A DNA stretch of 64,000 bases from the NCBI GenBank assembly GCA_047967505.1, contig CM106538.1. One strand, written 5' to 3'. Made by a program: the position numbers and the translations under genes. Shown in pieces: positions 50,874-64,000 of this stretch. The notes under the pieces were generated by a model. That model saw only the letters and a program-made list of their open reading frames with translations, searched no databases and was not told where the DNA came from. Positions within the stretch are counted from its first letter, which is position 1. Every line of letters begins with the position of its first letter. This DNA is from Dipteris shenzhenensis. Taxonomy: Eukaryota.

Positions 50874-53345
50874 TTAAGCATTATAGAAGTTTAGAACCAT
50901 GTCGTGATAGTTATCAATCATAAATGCCTCTGGAATCCACCTGCATTCTGTCATGGGCCTACCCTTAAACTTAACATAAAACTCTACTCTACCTCGTAAC
51001 ATTCTATATTTCAAAATTGCCTTTGGCTCATAAGGCGGGCTTACAGTGTTAGAGAATGATAGGGGGACCTTCTGACCAAACTTATTATCTGTATAGAAAC
51101 GACGCAACAACTGTACATGAAAAGCATTGTCGATGGCAACCTCCGACGGTAACTTTAGTTTGTGGGTCACCTCATCAAGTGTGTACATTGCTTCATACGA
51201 TTCGTAGAGCTGATGATTGAATTTTGGGGTCATGTTCTGCGGCAGCTTAATGTTGCGAGAGCTCACAAGTACCAAGTCACCAGCGAAGAACTCCATGTGC
51301 TTGCACTTCTTACCATGGTACCTCTTCATGACTAGTTTACTCTTTTGCAAGCTTTCCTTTGCAATTTTCAACCTTTGTTTCCATCTATTCAAGAACTCCT
51401 CTGCATCGGGATCATCCACCTTTGTAACCCCTGATGCAAGAGCCAAAGGCGTGATAACTTTTTACCTATTGCCAGTTCGAATGGCGTGAAGCCCGAGCTC
51501 TGGTGCACCGTGTTGTAGTGAAACTGAAGAATGTCCAAGTGCAGCGCCCAATCCTTTTGGTCCACCTGAACATAGTTGCGCAAGAAATCCTCTACGGTTT
51601 GATTCACCTTTTCGCTCTGTCCAACAAACTCCGGGTGATACGATGAATTGAAACACAACTGTGTCTCCAATATCTTAAAGAGTTGAGTCCACATCTCACT
51701 TAAAAACCTTGGGTCCCGGTCGAAAACGATTGCAAGGGGCAAGCCGTGGTACTTGAAAATATGCATGAAGTACAAATGGGCTACATGTTTCACCGTGATG
51801 GGCGATTTGATAGGGCCTGTTGGAGAAGTAGTCTACCACCACCATGATTGCGGTGTAACCATGAGACTTGGGGAGATAGTGATGAATTCCATGCTCACCA
51901 CATCCCATGGCCTTGATGGCACAGGCATGGTCCGCAACTTGCCTGCCCTTTTGGTTCTGTCGGTCTTCACGAACTGACAAGTAGGGCATGTGCGTACGTA
52001 CTTCACTACGTCGTCGTGCATGTTGGGCCAAAAAAACATTGGGCACACTCGTTCAAGCGTCTTGTTCTGCCCTATATGTCCCGCAAGCTTACAGTCATGG
52101 CACTCCCATAACAAAGCTTTCTTGAGCTCCAAGTCATCCGAGATGTACAAGCGGTTCTAATAGACATAGAGCAATCCGTTTTCCTCATTGTAAATTCCCC
52201 ACGAGACGGCGCCCTGCTTCACATCCTGAAGCAGTTTCTAAGATTCTGCATCTCGTTCCATGGCCTCCTTGATTCGCTCCATGAGAGACCCTTTTACAAT
52301 GCTAATTGCCATCAGCTCGACTTTCCTACTCAATGCATTCGGCATTGCATTAGCCTTTCCTCGATCGTAATATCAAACTCCACCAAGAAATCTTGTCAGT
52401 GTGCTTGCTTCGTAGAAAGTTTTGGTTGAGTTTGAAAATACTTCAGTGAAATGTTATCGGTTAACATCTTGATATGCTTGTCCTACACTTAGTGTTTCCA
52501 CTTCCGAAGACATTCCAACACTACCAACATTTCTTTCTCATGCGTGGTCCACCGACGCTCCACTACATCCAACTTCCGCGATTTGTAAGCCACCGGGCAC
52601 CATCTTGCATGAGCACCCTCCCAGAGCAAAGTCCGATGCATCTGTGTGTATTTTGAATGGCTTGTCAAACTCTGGGAGTTTCAACATGGGCGAATCGATC
52701 ATGATCTGTTTGATTTCCCCAAATGCCTTACTGCACTTAAGGTTCCAATCAAACTTTTCCTCCTTATGTAAAAGGTCATTTAGAGGAGCTGCAACTTTGC
52801 TGTATTCCTTTACAAACCTTTGGTTGAAGTTACAAAATCCCAAGAAACTTCGTACTCTGCGTACTGTTCTTGGCACCTCCCACTCTTTCATTGCTTCAAT
52901 CTTGGATGGATCTATTTTCATCCCATCTTTTCTTACCATGAACCCTAGGAAATCTATCTCGCTTACCCCAAACTCGCACTTTTTGCGCTTGGCGAACAAC
53001 TTGTGCTCTCAAAGTTTGGTAAACACCTTCCGCAGATGTTCTTTGTGTTCTTCCATCATTTTGCTAAAGATTAGTATGTCATCAATATAGACGATGACAA
53101 AGTCATCCAGGTACTCCCTGAAAATGTCATTCATCATGGTACAACGGAGCATTGGTGAGTCCAAAAGACATGACTAGCCAATCGTAGCTCTTGTACCTGG
53201 TTTTGAATGCTATCTTCTCAATGTCTTTGTCTGCGATCCTTATTTGGTGATATCCCGATTTTAGATTGATTCGGCTAAAGTACTTAGCTCCGGTTAGCTG
53301 ATCCATCAAGTCATCCAACAGCAGCATTGGGTACTTGTTCTTGAT
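50874..53345 (-). mobile_element. Decayed Ty3/gypsy chromovirus pol (RT, RNase H, IN, chromodomain); possible 3' LTR starting at 50813 downward
   Basis: KNKYP...[30 protein letters not shown]...CPTCQ, SSYHPE, and chromodomain YEPKAILKYR...FYVKFKG...CRWIPE. Confidence 0.9.
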
Positions 53346-53349
53346 TGTA

Positions 53350-53690
53350 TTTGGAGGGGAAGAGATATTTCACGAAAGCAAATACTGGGGGCAGCTCGTG
53401 GATGAGCAAGCTCACTCCTAAACTTGAGGGCAGGTCAGAGAGTGTCTCGTCAAATACTAACGCCGCGAGCTCCAGTGGAGCAATGGTGACTCGGAACCCG
53501 ATGAGAGGTGGCTACACTGGTCAAGGGGGCTTCGCGAGTAGAGGCACTAGCTCTTCCGGCACTAGGCAAGCACCAACAAGGGTGTGCTTTGAATGTGGAA
53601 AGGACCATTATGTCAAGGATTGCCTGGAACATGGTAGATTTGGAAGGCCTCGAATCGCCTTGACCCAGGCTGAGGAAGCCGAGGATCATT
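53350..53690 (+). mobile_element. Gypsy-type gag C-terminal fragment, inverted relative to the adjacent pol
   Basis: Zinc knuckle CFECGKDHYVKDC preceded by a Gly/Arg/Ser-rich linker. Confidence 0.6.
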
Positions 53691-55716
53691 CTTTTTATTG
53701 TTCAATTTTATTTTCAAATTTACCTTCCTATTAAATTCCCTCTTTTCCAATTTTCCCATTCCCCCTAATTTTTCCTATTGTCCCTAATTTTTAATATTTT
53801 CTCCTAAATTCCTAACTTTGTTCTAAGTATTTTCTTTTTTCCTTTAATTTTTCTTATTCTAGCCTAATTTCATTACAATTCTTTTTTCTCATTTAATTTC
53901 CTTTCTAATTTCCTCTACTTTTTATTAGTACTTCACCTTTCTCAAAAATGTTACCAAACTTTCTTAAGTATTTCCTATTTCTCTCTAATTATTTCATAAA
54001 ATTTTCTATTTTTTTCCTAAAATTTTCCTATTTTTTTTCTAATTATTTCCTATTTCTCACGAAAAATTTCCTAATTTTTTCTAAAACTTTTCCTAATTAC
54101 TTCCTTATTTTACCTATTTTCCCTCATTCTTATTTTCCCCTCATTTTTTCCTATTCTAATATTTTTTTAATTTCTTATTTTTCCCTCATTTTTTCCTATT
54201 CTATTTTTAAAAATTTCCCCTTAAATCTATGTTTCTCTTTATATAAATATTTAAAATTTCACCTCATTCTTTCCCATTCTAATTTTTCATTTTCTAATTT
54301 TTTGTATATCTAATTTTCTAAACTTCTCCTTATTTTTCTAAATATCTCCTTACGAAATAGTGTTTTTTCTCCATACAATTGCTTAAAGTTTAAATAATTA
54401 CTTAAACTATCTATGCTACCTTAATTAAAGACCCCCCTCCATGCACTCTTTACCTACCCAACAATTTTTTGCTGTCTCGCCTTTCTTGTCGGCACGCTTC
54501 TCCATAAACCTGCACTCTCATTCAATTCGGACTCCCCCGACTGACCGCCCCTTCCCTTATTTAAAAAGACCCAGCTCCCCATCTCCTCTCCCATCGCATT
54601 GTTGCAGTCACCTCTCTAGGCCCCATGCCCTGCTTCTCACGCTGTAAACTACATAGTACAGCTTGGCTACTGTAGCTTATCTCCCTCTCTAGTGTAGTAG
54701 ATTATTGCTACGGCAATCCTGTGTCTCCCGCTCGAGCCTCCAGATTTCAGACCTCGACGATTGTGCTACCCAAGCTCCAACCTCCAGACCTCGACTGTTG
54801 TGCTGCATTGCCCATCGCTGTGCTATCTTCTAGAATATATAGGGTGTCCACACAGGTGCACCTCCGTGTGCCATCGCAATACCTCTTCCACACTATAGTC
54901 ATACTCTACCCCCCCTCTAGCACCGCTCTAAACAAACCACTATGGAGTTGTGGACATGGACTCATTGGTGCAGTCCATGGATCCTTTTGTCCTTTTTAGT
55001 ACATTTGTTTACCCCCCCTCTCAAGTTCCTTTTTAATTAGTCTTTTCATTAAACGTATTTATTTACCCCCCCCTCTCTCTTAGTTCTAAATACTTTTGTC
55101 TTATAGTATTACTGTCTAAATTTCATATTCGTCCCTTTATAATTTTGTAAAAATTTCTTTCTATATATAAAGACTTTTACCCTATTTTTTCTTCCCTCTC
55201 TATACATCTCTCTATACCTTTTCTCCTCCCCCCCCCACCCCCCTTCTCTCTATAGATCTATCTATATCTAGTTTCCCCTTCTCTATATATCTCTATAGAT
55301 ATATAATCCCTACCCCCCCTCCCTAATAAATATTTACCCTTAATTTTCCCCTCATCTCTATTGACTTATTTTTTCCTCCTCTGAAAACCTGATGGATTTG
55401 ACACCCTTTTCCAATCTTGTGTTCCTATTTCAAACTCAATATGATTATAAATTCTCAATTTTGTTAGAATTGTTGCACGTTCTCAAAATTTTGCTCCTTC
55501 TACTCACTCTCCCATTTGTTGCTCTTTTTATGCACCATGTACGTAAGGTAGACCTCTGTTGCACCATGTTAGAATCTCTCTATCATGGCTTTTGCGCATC
55601 GCCTTAGTTTCTTCCATTAGCTGTTCCCCTGTCATGGCGTTTCTCTCCTCACATAGTCGATAGTTTTGGTGACTATGGTTTACCCAAGTATATGTCCTAT
55701 GTACTTTTTTATTTTC

Positions 55717-55846
55717 ACACACACACACACACATGCACGCGTGTGCGCGCGCGCGCGCACACACACACACACAGACACAGACACACACACACACACACAA
55801 TAATCTTGATTAGTAAATGTATCTCACACTCACAAACACTTATTTC

Positions 55847-55881
<35 letters not shown>
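55717..55881. repeat. (CA)n/(CG)n microsatellites
   Basis: Direct inspection. Confidence 0.95.
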
Positions 55882-55884
<3 letters not shown>

Positions 55885-56820
55885 TTTCCTTAAGAATATG
55901 TACAACCCAACTACCCCCCTAGATATGGGACTACCTTTAAGATTTTTTTAATGTTTTTAATGATAATTTTTAAGTTTTTGCATGTTCTTTCATGGTGGTT
56001 TTCTTTGTAACGCTTCCTATACTTTATATTCTACCCCTCCTTACTCGTATTCATCCTCTTGCAACTATCTTTTCATCCTCTTTTGTCGCTCTCTATTGCT
56101 TTAACACAATGCTCTACTTGCCTTTTCTCTTGGTTGCCATCCTTTTCTCAGGTTTGCTTCCCTCCTTGTCTCGACTTTCTTATTGGCAACAGCTCTTCCT
56201 CTTCACCACTTGTGCACTTCCTTGGCCATTTCAGTAGCTACGCACTTCACTCAAGTGATCACACATTAGGTCCTTCGCCATTTCAGTAGCTACACACTTC
56301 ACTTAGGTGATCACACATTAGCTCCTTCTCTAGATACCATTGCCAGGCATTGTGTTGCTATGACTTTTTCCCACAATTACGCTATCTCCATTGGATTTCT
56401 TTCAGCCTTACACTTGCTACAGTCTCTTTTTACGATCTTTCCCTCCATTATTACATGATGATTGGTATACATTTTGCTTATGTGCATTTTTAAAGCTTAT
56501 GGGCTTTCTTTAAGCAGAGGCTCATGTGTATGTTCCTCCTCATTCCCGTATGACACCCTGGTTCTTCTCTCTTTCTTCACCTTGGTCTCCTTAATTTTGG
56601 TGCACCCTTTCTATGTGCCTTTGGTAGATTCTCATGAGCATGACATAAACAACTACATCTACGTCCCCTTGGAAAGACACATGAGGCAAGTTCTTCGAGG
56701 GTTCTTTTACTCAATTTCGTTACTTGGATGGCTCTCTACTTTCTTATTTGCAATGTTTAGATGACTTGGCCATGCAACATTTTTTCTTTTGCTTTATGTG
56801 GCTGGCGGGTGATATTGAAG

Positions 56821-56955
56821 CCACTTTTTCATTCTTGGGTAGCTACTGAGGATTGAGGGATTGACATTCATGATCATACCTTCGATTTTCCACTTTTTCA
56901 TTCTTGGGTAGCTACTGAGGATCGAGGGATTGATGTTCATGATCATACCTTTGAA
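56821..56955. repeat. ~69-bp tandem duplication in a possible gypsy protease relic
   Basis: ccactttttcattcttgggtagctactgaggat.gagggattga..ttcatgatcatacctt x2. Confidence 0.8.
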
Positions 56956-58344
56956 TTTGTAAAAAGGCTTGTCACCTCTAATCATGAGTTGTAGATCCTT
57001 GGTTTCTCCAACTTGCATGGCATTGCTTCTTTCGAAGGTGCTGGTTCGGCTGCACACTCTTGCACGATCTTAGTCCTCCGTTGCTCATTGTCTTGCGCCT
57101 CCTTGCTCGGAAAGACTCCCTCTCATAACCTCGGCCGGATCTTGTTGGCTCTCGGTACTTCTACCGGCTCTTATTGTGCTAGCTACGTGACTCGCTCGTG
57201 TCCTCTAGCTCACTACTCTACTCTTGATAGCCTTGCTTGCCTATTTTGTACGTGGGAACCCTTTGTGGTAACTGTCCATGTTGAAGTTATATATCTATAT
57301 ATATTTTTTGTACATTTTTTCATATTTATAATCTTACATATAATATCTCAATGCTACATGTATATTTATACGTATTCTTGTAGATATTTTTTGATGGCTT
57401 TGACTTTTAATAGGTGTCTTTAACAATAAGGGCTAATGCTTCATTATTTATGGTTTCATTCTTATGTATATATATTTATTCATGTATTTCATATATATAT
57501 ATATATAGGATTGGTTCTCTTTACTTTATTGTTGTTAACTTTCTAGTCCACTCCTTGTGGTGGCTGTCTTTGGTTATACAAGGTTTGCTAGCAGGTGTGC
57601 ATTGCCAAACTATTGGCCTTATGCCTCACGCCTGACTCTTTTTCCCTTACACACACCACATTCCTTTTTATTTATGTACTATTATATATGCCTTTGTAGT
57701 TAAAATATATATACATTTATGTATATAGGTATAATTTGTTTATTTATTTAGGTAAAATTTCAAGTTCCTTACTCTTTTTTTTCTTTTCATTTAATGTTTT
57801 TTCTTGTCTAAATCATTTCTCCTAAAGCAAAGAAATTTTCCTTAAAGAAATTCTTATAAATTTCTTATTAAATGATAAACCTATTTGACCTTAACCAATT
57901 TATCGTACAATTTCCTCAAAATTTTCTTATGTAACCTTAACTTTTTATTGAAGTCTTTTTATATTTTTTCATTTATAATAACATTTAGCTATGCAAGTAA
58001 TTTATGCCTCCTATGTTATGGTTTATTCTAACTTCTGTACCCGATATTGTCCTAGTTAACCCTCATTGCTATCTTGAATTAGGAGTTCATTTTTAGTCAT
58101 TCATTTCTTTTGAAAATTCTTAGGAGTTTTTGACCATATACTTAGGCAAGCATTTTTTTTCACTAAGGATTTGTTTTAAATGGTTTATGGTTATCTAACT
58201 TTTTTATATCATTTTATAACCATATATGATTTGCTTTTGAATTTAGTCAAGGATGTGGAACACCGTCGTTGATTAGTTATGTCAAAAATTGAGATGATCT
58301 CTGATGGGTGTGGATTACCCCCCATGGCATTTTTAAAACTTATG

Positions 58345-61300
58345 TCACAACTGGGTATCCCCTGACCAATCTGAGTCTGTGAAACCACTCAGAGAAATGT
58401 CACAATTTGCAGCATAGTGCAATCCATGAGTAAGAGTGCCCTGCAGATATCTGAGAACCCGCTTGGCTTCTTGCCAGTGTGTGACTGTAGGACAATGCAT
58501 AAACTGACTTAGCAACCCAGTGGCATGTGCAATATCAGCCCTGGTAGAACACAGATAGATAAGACTACACACCAATTGTCTGTAAAGTGTGCCATCAAAC
58601 TTCTCTACTGTGTCATGCTTTGAAAGCTTGAGTCCTTTGGTCAATGGAGTGGCCACAGGTTTGCAATTTTCCATCTTAAATTTCTGCAAGAGACTCTTTG
58701 CATACTTTGTTTGGGACATACATATCCCTTCCTGGGTTTGCCAAAACTCAATACCAAGACAATAGTGCAAGAGACCCAAATCTGTCATATCAAATGTATG
58801 ACACAATGCTGTTTTGATGGCTGCAATTTGCTGATTACTACTACCTGTGAGTAGTATATCATCCACATAAAGAACTAAAATCAGCAAATCTGATTTTTCT
58901 TGCAGAACATAGAGGTTGGACTCTGTATGTGTGTTCACAAAGCCCTGGGACAGCAAATACTGATGTATCTTGTGATACCAAGCACGGGGTGCTTGTTTTA
59001 GCCCATACAATGCCTTGCGTAGCTTGCAAACCTTGTGTTCTTGTCCCGTAACTTCAAATCCTTGGGGTTGCTGCACATAAACTTCCTCTTGTAAATCACC
59101 GTTCAAGAAGGCAGTCTTGACATCCATCTGAAAGACGGGCCAGCCATAACTTGCAGCAAGAGAGATGACAGACCGAATGGTAGTCATATTGGCTACCGGA
59201 CAAATGTTTCCTCATAATCCACTCCCTCCTCTTGGGCATACCCCTTGGCAACTAGCCGGGCCTTGTGTTTTTCAATAGTGCCATCTGCATGGTACTTAAC
59301 TTTATAGATCCATTTGGTACCAACCACATTCTTCCCAATGGGCTTATCAACCAAATCCCATGTGGCATTCCTTTCAATGGAACTAATTTCAGATTTCATG
59401 GCTTCCTACCATGCGGGATGTTTCATGGCATCCTCAAATCTTTGAGGTTCAGTTTCAGCTGCTATAACTGAAGCCATCAAAGCATAATTCACCTGTGATG
59501 ATGCATTCCTTGTGGCTGTCCTGGTCCTCCCTAAAGTTGGCTGAACATTAGCCTCTCTGAGGGTCAACCGTGCCCATTTTGGGACTGAATTTGCAGCACC
59601 ACCACTGGCTGGACCACTGTTGGTATGGCGAGGTAAAGGATTCCAAACATGTGGCTGTCCTGCCCCACTAGCTGGCTGCCCTTCTGGAACATTTGAGGGA
59701 AATCCCCCCTCAACACATGGCACCAAATCTGAACTGGGTGAGGAGGATAAAGACTCCATCTCATTACTATCAAACTGAACAATATCAAGAGGCACATCAT
59801 CATATGGTGGCAAATCAACATTGACCGGTTGCATGGTTTCATTTTCAGCAAAGACAACATCTCTACTGATAATAATCCTATGAGTAATAGGATCATACAA
59901 ACAAAAACCTTTACTCTCAATACTGTACCCCACAAATATGCATTTGACACTCTTGTCATCAAGTTTAGTTCTATGTTGAGCAAGAATTACAGCATAAGCA
60001 ACCGACCCAAAAATTCTGAAGTGATTTACCTTGGGCTTGTACCCATAGTATGCCTCAAATGGTGTCCTGTTAACCAAAGCTTTTGTTGGGCATCTGTTCA
60101 AGATGTATGTGGCTGTAGTAATGGCTTCTCCCCAAAATCCTTTTGAGATTTTCTTGAATTTCAGCATGCATCTGGTCATTTTTACAAGAGTCCTATTCTT
60201 CCTTTCAGCAATAGGATTGTGCTGGGGTGTGTATGGCACAGTTAAATGATGTTTGATGCCATGTTCTTGCAAATAGCTTGCAAATACCTCTGAAGTATAC
60301 TCTCCCCCTCTATCTGTGTTGAGTGTTTGTATCTTGGAATTGGTCTCATTCTCAGCCATAGCCTTGAATATCTTGAACCAATAAAACACTTCGGATTTGT
60401 TCTTCATGAGGAAGAGCCATGTAAATCTGGAGTAGTCATCAATGAAGGTAACAAAGTACCTTGCCCCTCTATGAGTAGTAACATTCATGGGGCCACAAAC
60501 ATCACTGTGCACTATTTGCAATGCTCTTATTGCTTTCACATCACCTTTCCCATCCTTTTTGAAAGGTAAGCGGTGCAATTTGCCAAGGGCACACCCTTCA
60601 CATACTTCATTAACTGGCTGTTGCAATTTTGGCATTCCAATAACCATGTTGTTGTTAAACAAATAGGTCAAAGCCCTGTGATGGATATGGCCAAACCTGG
60701 CATGCCATAAATCACCCTGAGATACACATGATACAACCATAGCATGCTGATTATAAGGCTGAGCATCAAGCTTGTACAACCCTTTTTCATAAGTGCCTGT
60801 AGCCACAATAGCATAACCCTTTTTAGGATCCTTAATCCTGCATTGGCTGCCTTGAAACTCTACCAACATATGTTGATCATGAGCAATGGAGGAAACTGAA
60901 ATCAGATTCTTCTTCAAATTTGGAACATACCAAACATCACGGATGTATTGTTTCTTTCCTGAACCATCCAAGAGAATAGGAACATGTCCCACTCCCGTGA
61001 TATCCTGAGTGGCATCATTGGCACAAACAACATGTTTGCCATGGACCGGTATAATGTCCTCAAACCAATCTCTGTGATGAGTCATATGCTTAGAAGCACC
61101 ACTATCCAAGTACCAAGGATCAGTGGTGGCCAAAGATGCATCAATACCCTCTGACACTGGCTCAATAAGAGCATGAGCATGTGTAGCATGTGACATACTG
61201 GGCTCCCCCCCTGTGTCAATGATCTCATGATCCACAACACCAAAGGCAAAGTCCTTGTCATCCTGGGCATAATGTGCATGAGAAGAGGCATTTGAATTTT

Positions 61301-62990
61301 CAGCAGGTGCCACAAAATTACTGTTTGTAGTCCTTCTCATTAGCAATCCTCTTCTGACACTCGGCAATGTAATGACCAGGCTTTTTGCAATAGTTACATT
61401 TACCCTTTTTCTTAGAGGCGGGACTTGCCTGAGAACTTGCATTGGCCTCACTTTTGGGCTGAAATCCATTGCTGTTTTTTTTGTGAAAGTATCCTCCTTT
61501 TGACTGAAATTTGCCCTTTCCCTGCATAGCAAGAGCTTGCTCACCTTGGCGAGATGAATGAGCAAAATTAGAGGTTCTTTCCTCTTCTTGCAGGAGCAGC
61601 CCTACGAACTCATCAAATGAGACAGGTGCAGCTCTAAGCATGATAGACAAAGAGGTAACAAAAGTGCCAAATGACGGAGCCAGGCTATTGAGAGTGATAG
61701 TGACCAACTTTCTGTCTTCTATCTCCTCATCAACGCCTGCTAATTGATCTCTAAGATCAGTAATCTTAGCAATATGCTCTGCAATTGTTTGCCCTTCTTC
61801 CATCTTCAACTCCTTGAGTTGATTTGTCAAAGCTAGCACTCTAGCTTCATTTTTGACGTGATACATAGATGCCAGTTTATCCCAAGCATCTTTAGCATAC
61901 ATGCAGGACTTGATAGTAGACAATGTACCTCTTCACTGAGAGGGATATCAAAGATAAAGCCTGGGCATTTCTTCTATCAAACCTCCTTTGCTCCTCCAAT
62001 AGAGCAGGAGTAGGAGCTATGGATGTAGATGTGATGGATGAAGATGAACTAGTTGCAGCAGCAGCTAGCCTAGTTTCATCACCACTCACAATGTCCCACA
62101 AGCCCTTGCCAACCAAAATATTGCGGAGCATAAATGACCACAAGGCATAGTTTGATCCTTCCAATTTATCCCCTTTTAGTGATAGTGCCAAAGCTTTCAG
62201 AAAGAGACATTATTCCTGACAAATAACTGACAAGAAGATTTGGGTGTCCAAGAAGCAGGAAAAGAGCGCTGAAGCAAATCGATTTGAAGTAGGAGCTTCC
62301 GAGGTGGATGTCAGTTTGATTCGGGGCTGGAAATTGCTGAGAAGAGCACCAATGTAGCAGTAGATGAACTCGTATTGAAGAAGATGGCTGCTGCTACTGA
62401 GAAGAGCATCAATGCAACTATAGGAGACTGCTGTAGGCAGTAAAAAACAGCAAGAGGAGATGCCGAAAAGTGCTGGAAATCAGGGCGACCTGAAGTAGAA
62501 GCCCCCGGGCTCAAGGGCGACCTCAAAAAGAGGGGCGAAGTGAAGGCGACTTGATCTGAAGCTGTTCGGCCTGAAGTCTGAAAATCAGCAACATTGGTTG
62601 TCGACCAAGTCCTGGAGAAAGGCGACCTGAAGAAGACCTCCCGGGGCAGCAAAAAACTCAAGTTCTTCACAGCAACTGACTGAAAAACGAGCTGGAAACT
62701 GAAGTGGGCTGAATGTAGGATTGAGAGCAACACGAGGACACGAGAGAACTTGCCACAAGACGGAAGGCAAGGCTGAATCTCGGTTCAAGTGACTGAGGCT
62801 CTGATACCACTTGAAGGAACACAAATGGAGACAAAAGTGAACACCAGTGAATGGATGTGCTCACACACGAAAGCTCCAACAGATGTTCAATAGATAAGAA
62901 TACAAAGTACTTGGCATATATAGTGACCAAGTAGAACATAAAAATAAACCAAGTACTAGACTAGCCTACAAGGTCATATCTTTGTATATG
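58345..62990 (-). mobile_element. Decayed Ty1/copia element, 3'-truncated within RNase H; 5' LTR remnant from 62812, PBS 62797-62809
   Basis: PBS tggtatcagagcc; gag DKLEGSNYALW and CNYCKKPGHYIAEC; WYLDSGASKH; IN; RT with YVDD; ends at GFTDSDW; several frameshifts and a stop. Confidence 0.92.
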
Positions 62991-62999
62991 TCTACAGTA

Positions 63000-63900
63000 C
63001 CACCACGTCAACTTGAAGGAGCCACACTCTCTAGCATCCTAAGTTGCCCTGTGTCAATTCCCATCGGAATCCTCCTATGGAATTGTCCCAATCTATGGGA
63101 GAGTTTCAAAGGATGGATTGAACTCACAAATCCCCCTCCACCTATGAACGACATCGAGGATATCACTGTGCGGATGGGTGAGAGAGATGACATATGCAAC
63201 ATTACTATGCCTTTGATCCACAAGCCATATAATGAAGTCAAAGCCATAGTGGATGGTGGAGCAGGTGTAAATGTCCTATCAAAGGAGTTCTATGAAGAAT
63301 GGGGTCTCCCACCAATGCAAAAGGCTAATTTTAACATACACCTTGCCAATGATTCCCGGGCTAAACCCTTGGGAATAGTGAATGTTGTGTCCACAAAGAT
63401 CGCAAGAGTCTACTTTTCCTTTCAATTCAAAATCTTGGATCTCCCCAAAAAATCCTATCAAATCTTACTGGGACGTCCTTGGTTACAAGAAGCATCAGTC
63501 CTCCATGACTGGGGAATTGATAGACTAACAATCCAGAATCGCGACATTGCAGTCAGGGTGAATGTGGGGACAGGAGCTATTAAACCAATTGTGCCTAGAG
63601 CATTGGATGACACATCTTCAACAACAATCTCAAGCAAATCAGCTTTCTTGCAATAGCATGCCATAGCAGGTGACTCATAAAGCAATGCCAATAACTGGAT
63701 ACAAACATTGGCAACCATCCACAACTGACATTCATTAGATCCCATCTTCTCACAGATAGATGCTTAGTGCTACAGGTAGATCCTCCACTCCCACATGAAG
63801 AACTAATCGATCTAGAGATGCCATTCTTTATGGCTAAACTCGAGTGGGATAATGAACCTGAAGAAGATACCCATACCAATGATGACTCAGATTTTCCTTG
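63000..63900 (+). mobile_element. Ty3/gypsy aspartic protease region relic
   Basis: VKAIVDGGAGVNVL...ANDSRAKPLGIV...YQILLGRPWL. Confidence 0.8.
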
Positions 63901-64000
63901 GGACCTTGAAACAAATGTTGAGAATGCTAAAATTGAAGGTCAAATCTTTGATAATGACTTAGACATTCTGCATGCCCTAATGGCAGTCGAGCTCCCAAAA

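Noticed and set aside
53700-54430. Hydrophobic 121-aa ORF
   Set aside because: T/C-rich low-complexity sequence gives a spurious Phe/Leu-rich translation.

Overview
Eukaryotic, non-seed-plant-like (bryophyte/lycophyte/fern-type) DNA dominated by retrotransposons. A single host gene can be assembled on the + strand: four coding exons (11467-11680, 11763-11851, 22344-22479, 35533-35633) giving a 179-aa protein with one hydrophobic segment, and two giant TE-filled introns (about 10.5 kb and 13 kb). TEs include four decayed L1-type LINEs, an RTE-X-like LINE, a young Ty1/copia element with near-identical LTRs and a TSD (37039-42382), nested copia deletion derivatives, another decayed copia, a chromovirus pol, gypsy gag/protease relics, a solo LTR and minisatellites. 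The most unusual item is a ~560-bp non-coding, hairpin-rich monomer. It occurs once as a 5'-truncated single copy (31778-32187) and once as a ~4-mer head-to-tail array (36699-45497). Both insertions share the same right-hand end and each is flanked by its own 13-17 bp direct repeat. Its hairpins show G.U-type covariation on the + strand, and a distant relative of its core hairpin lies at 22961-23010. This pattern suggests a retrozyme-like or non-autonomous Penelope-like structured-RNA retroelement, although I could not find a canonical ribozyme core by eye. All family assignments come from motif recognition only; no searches were run.
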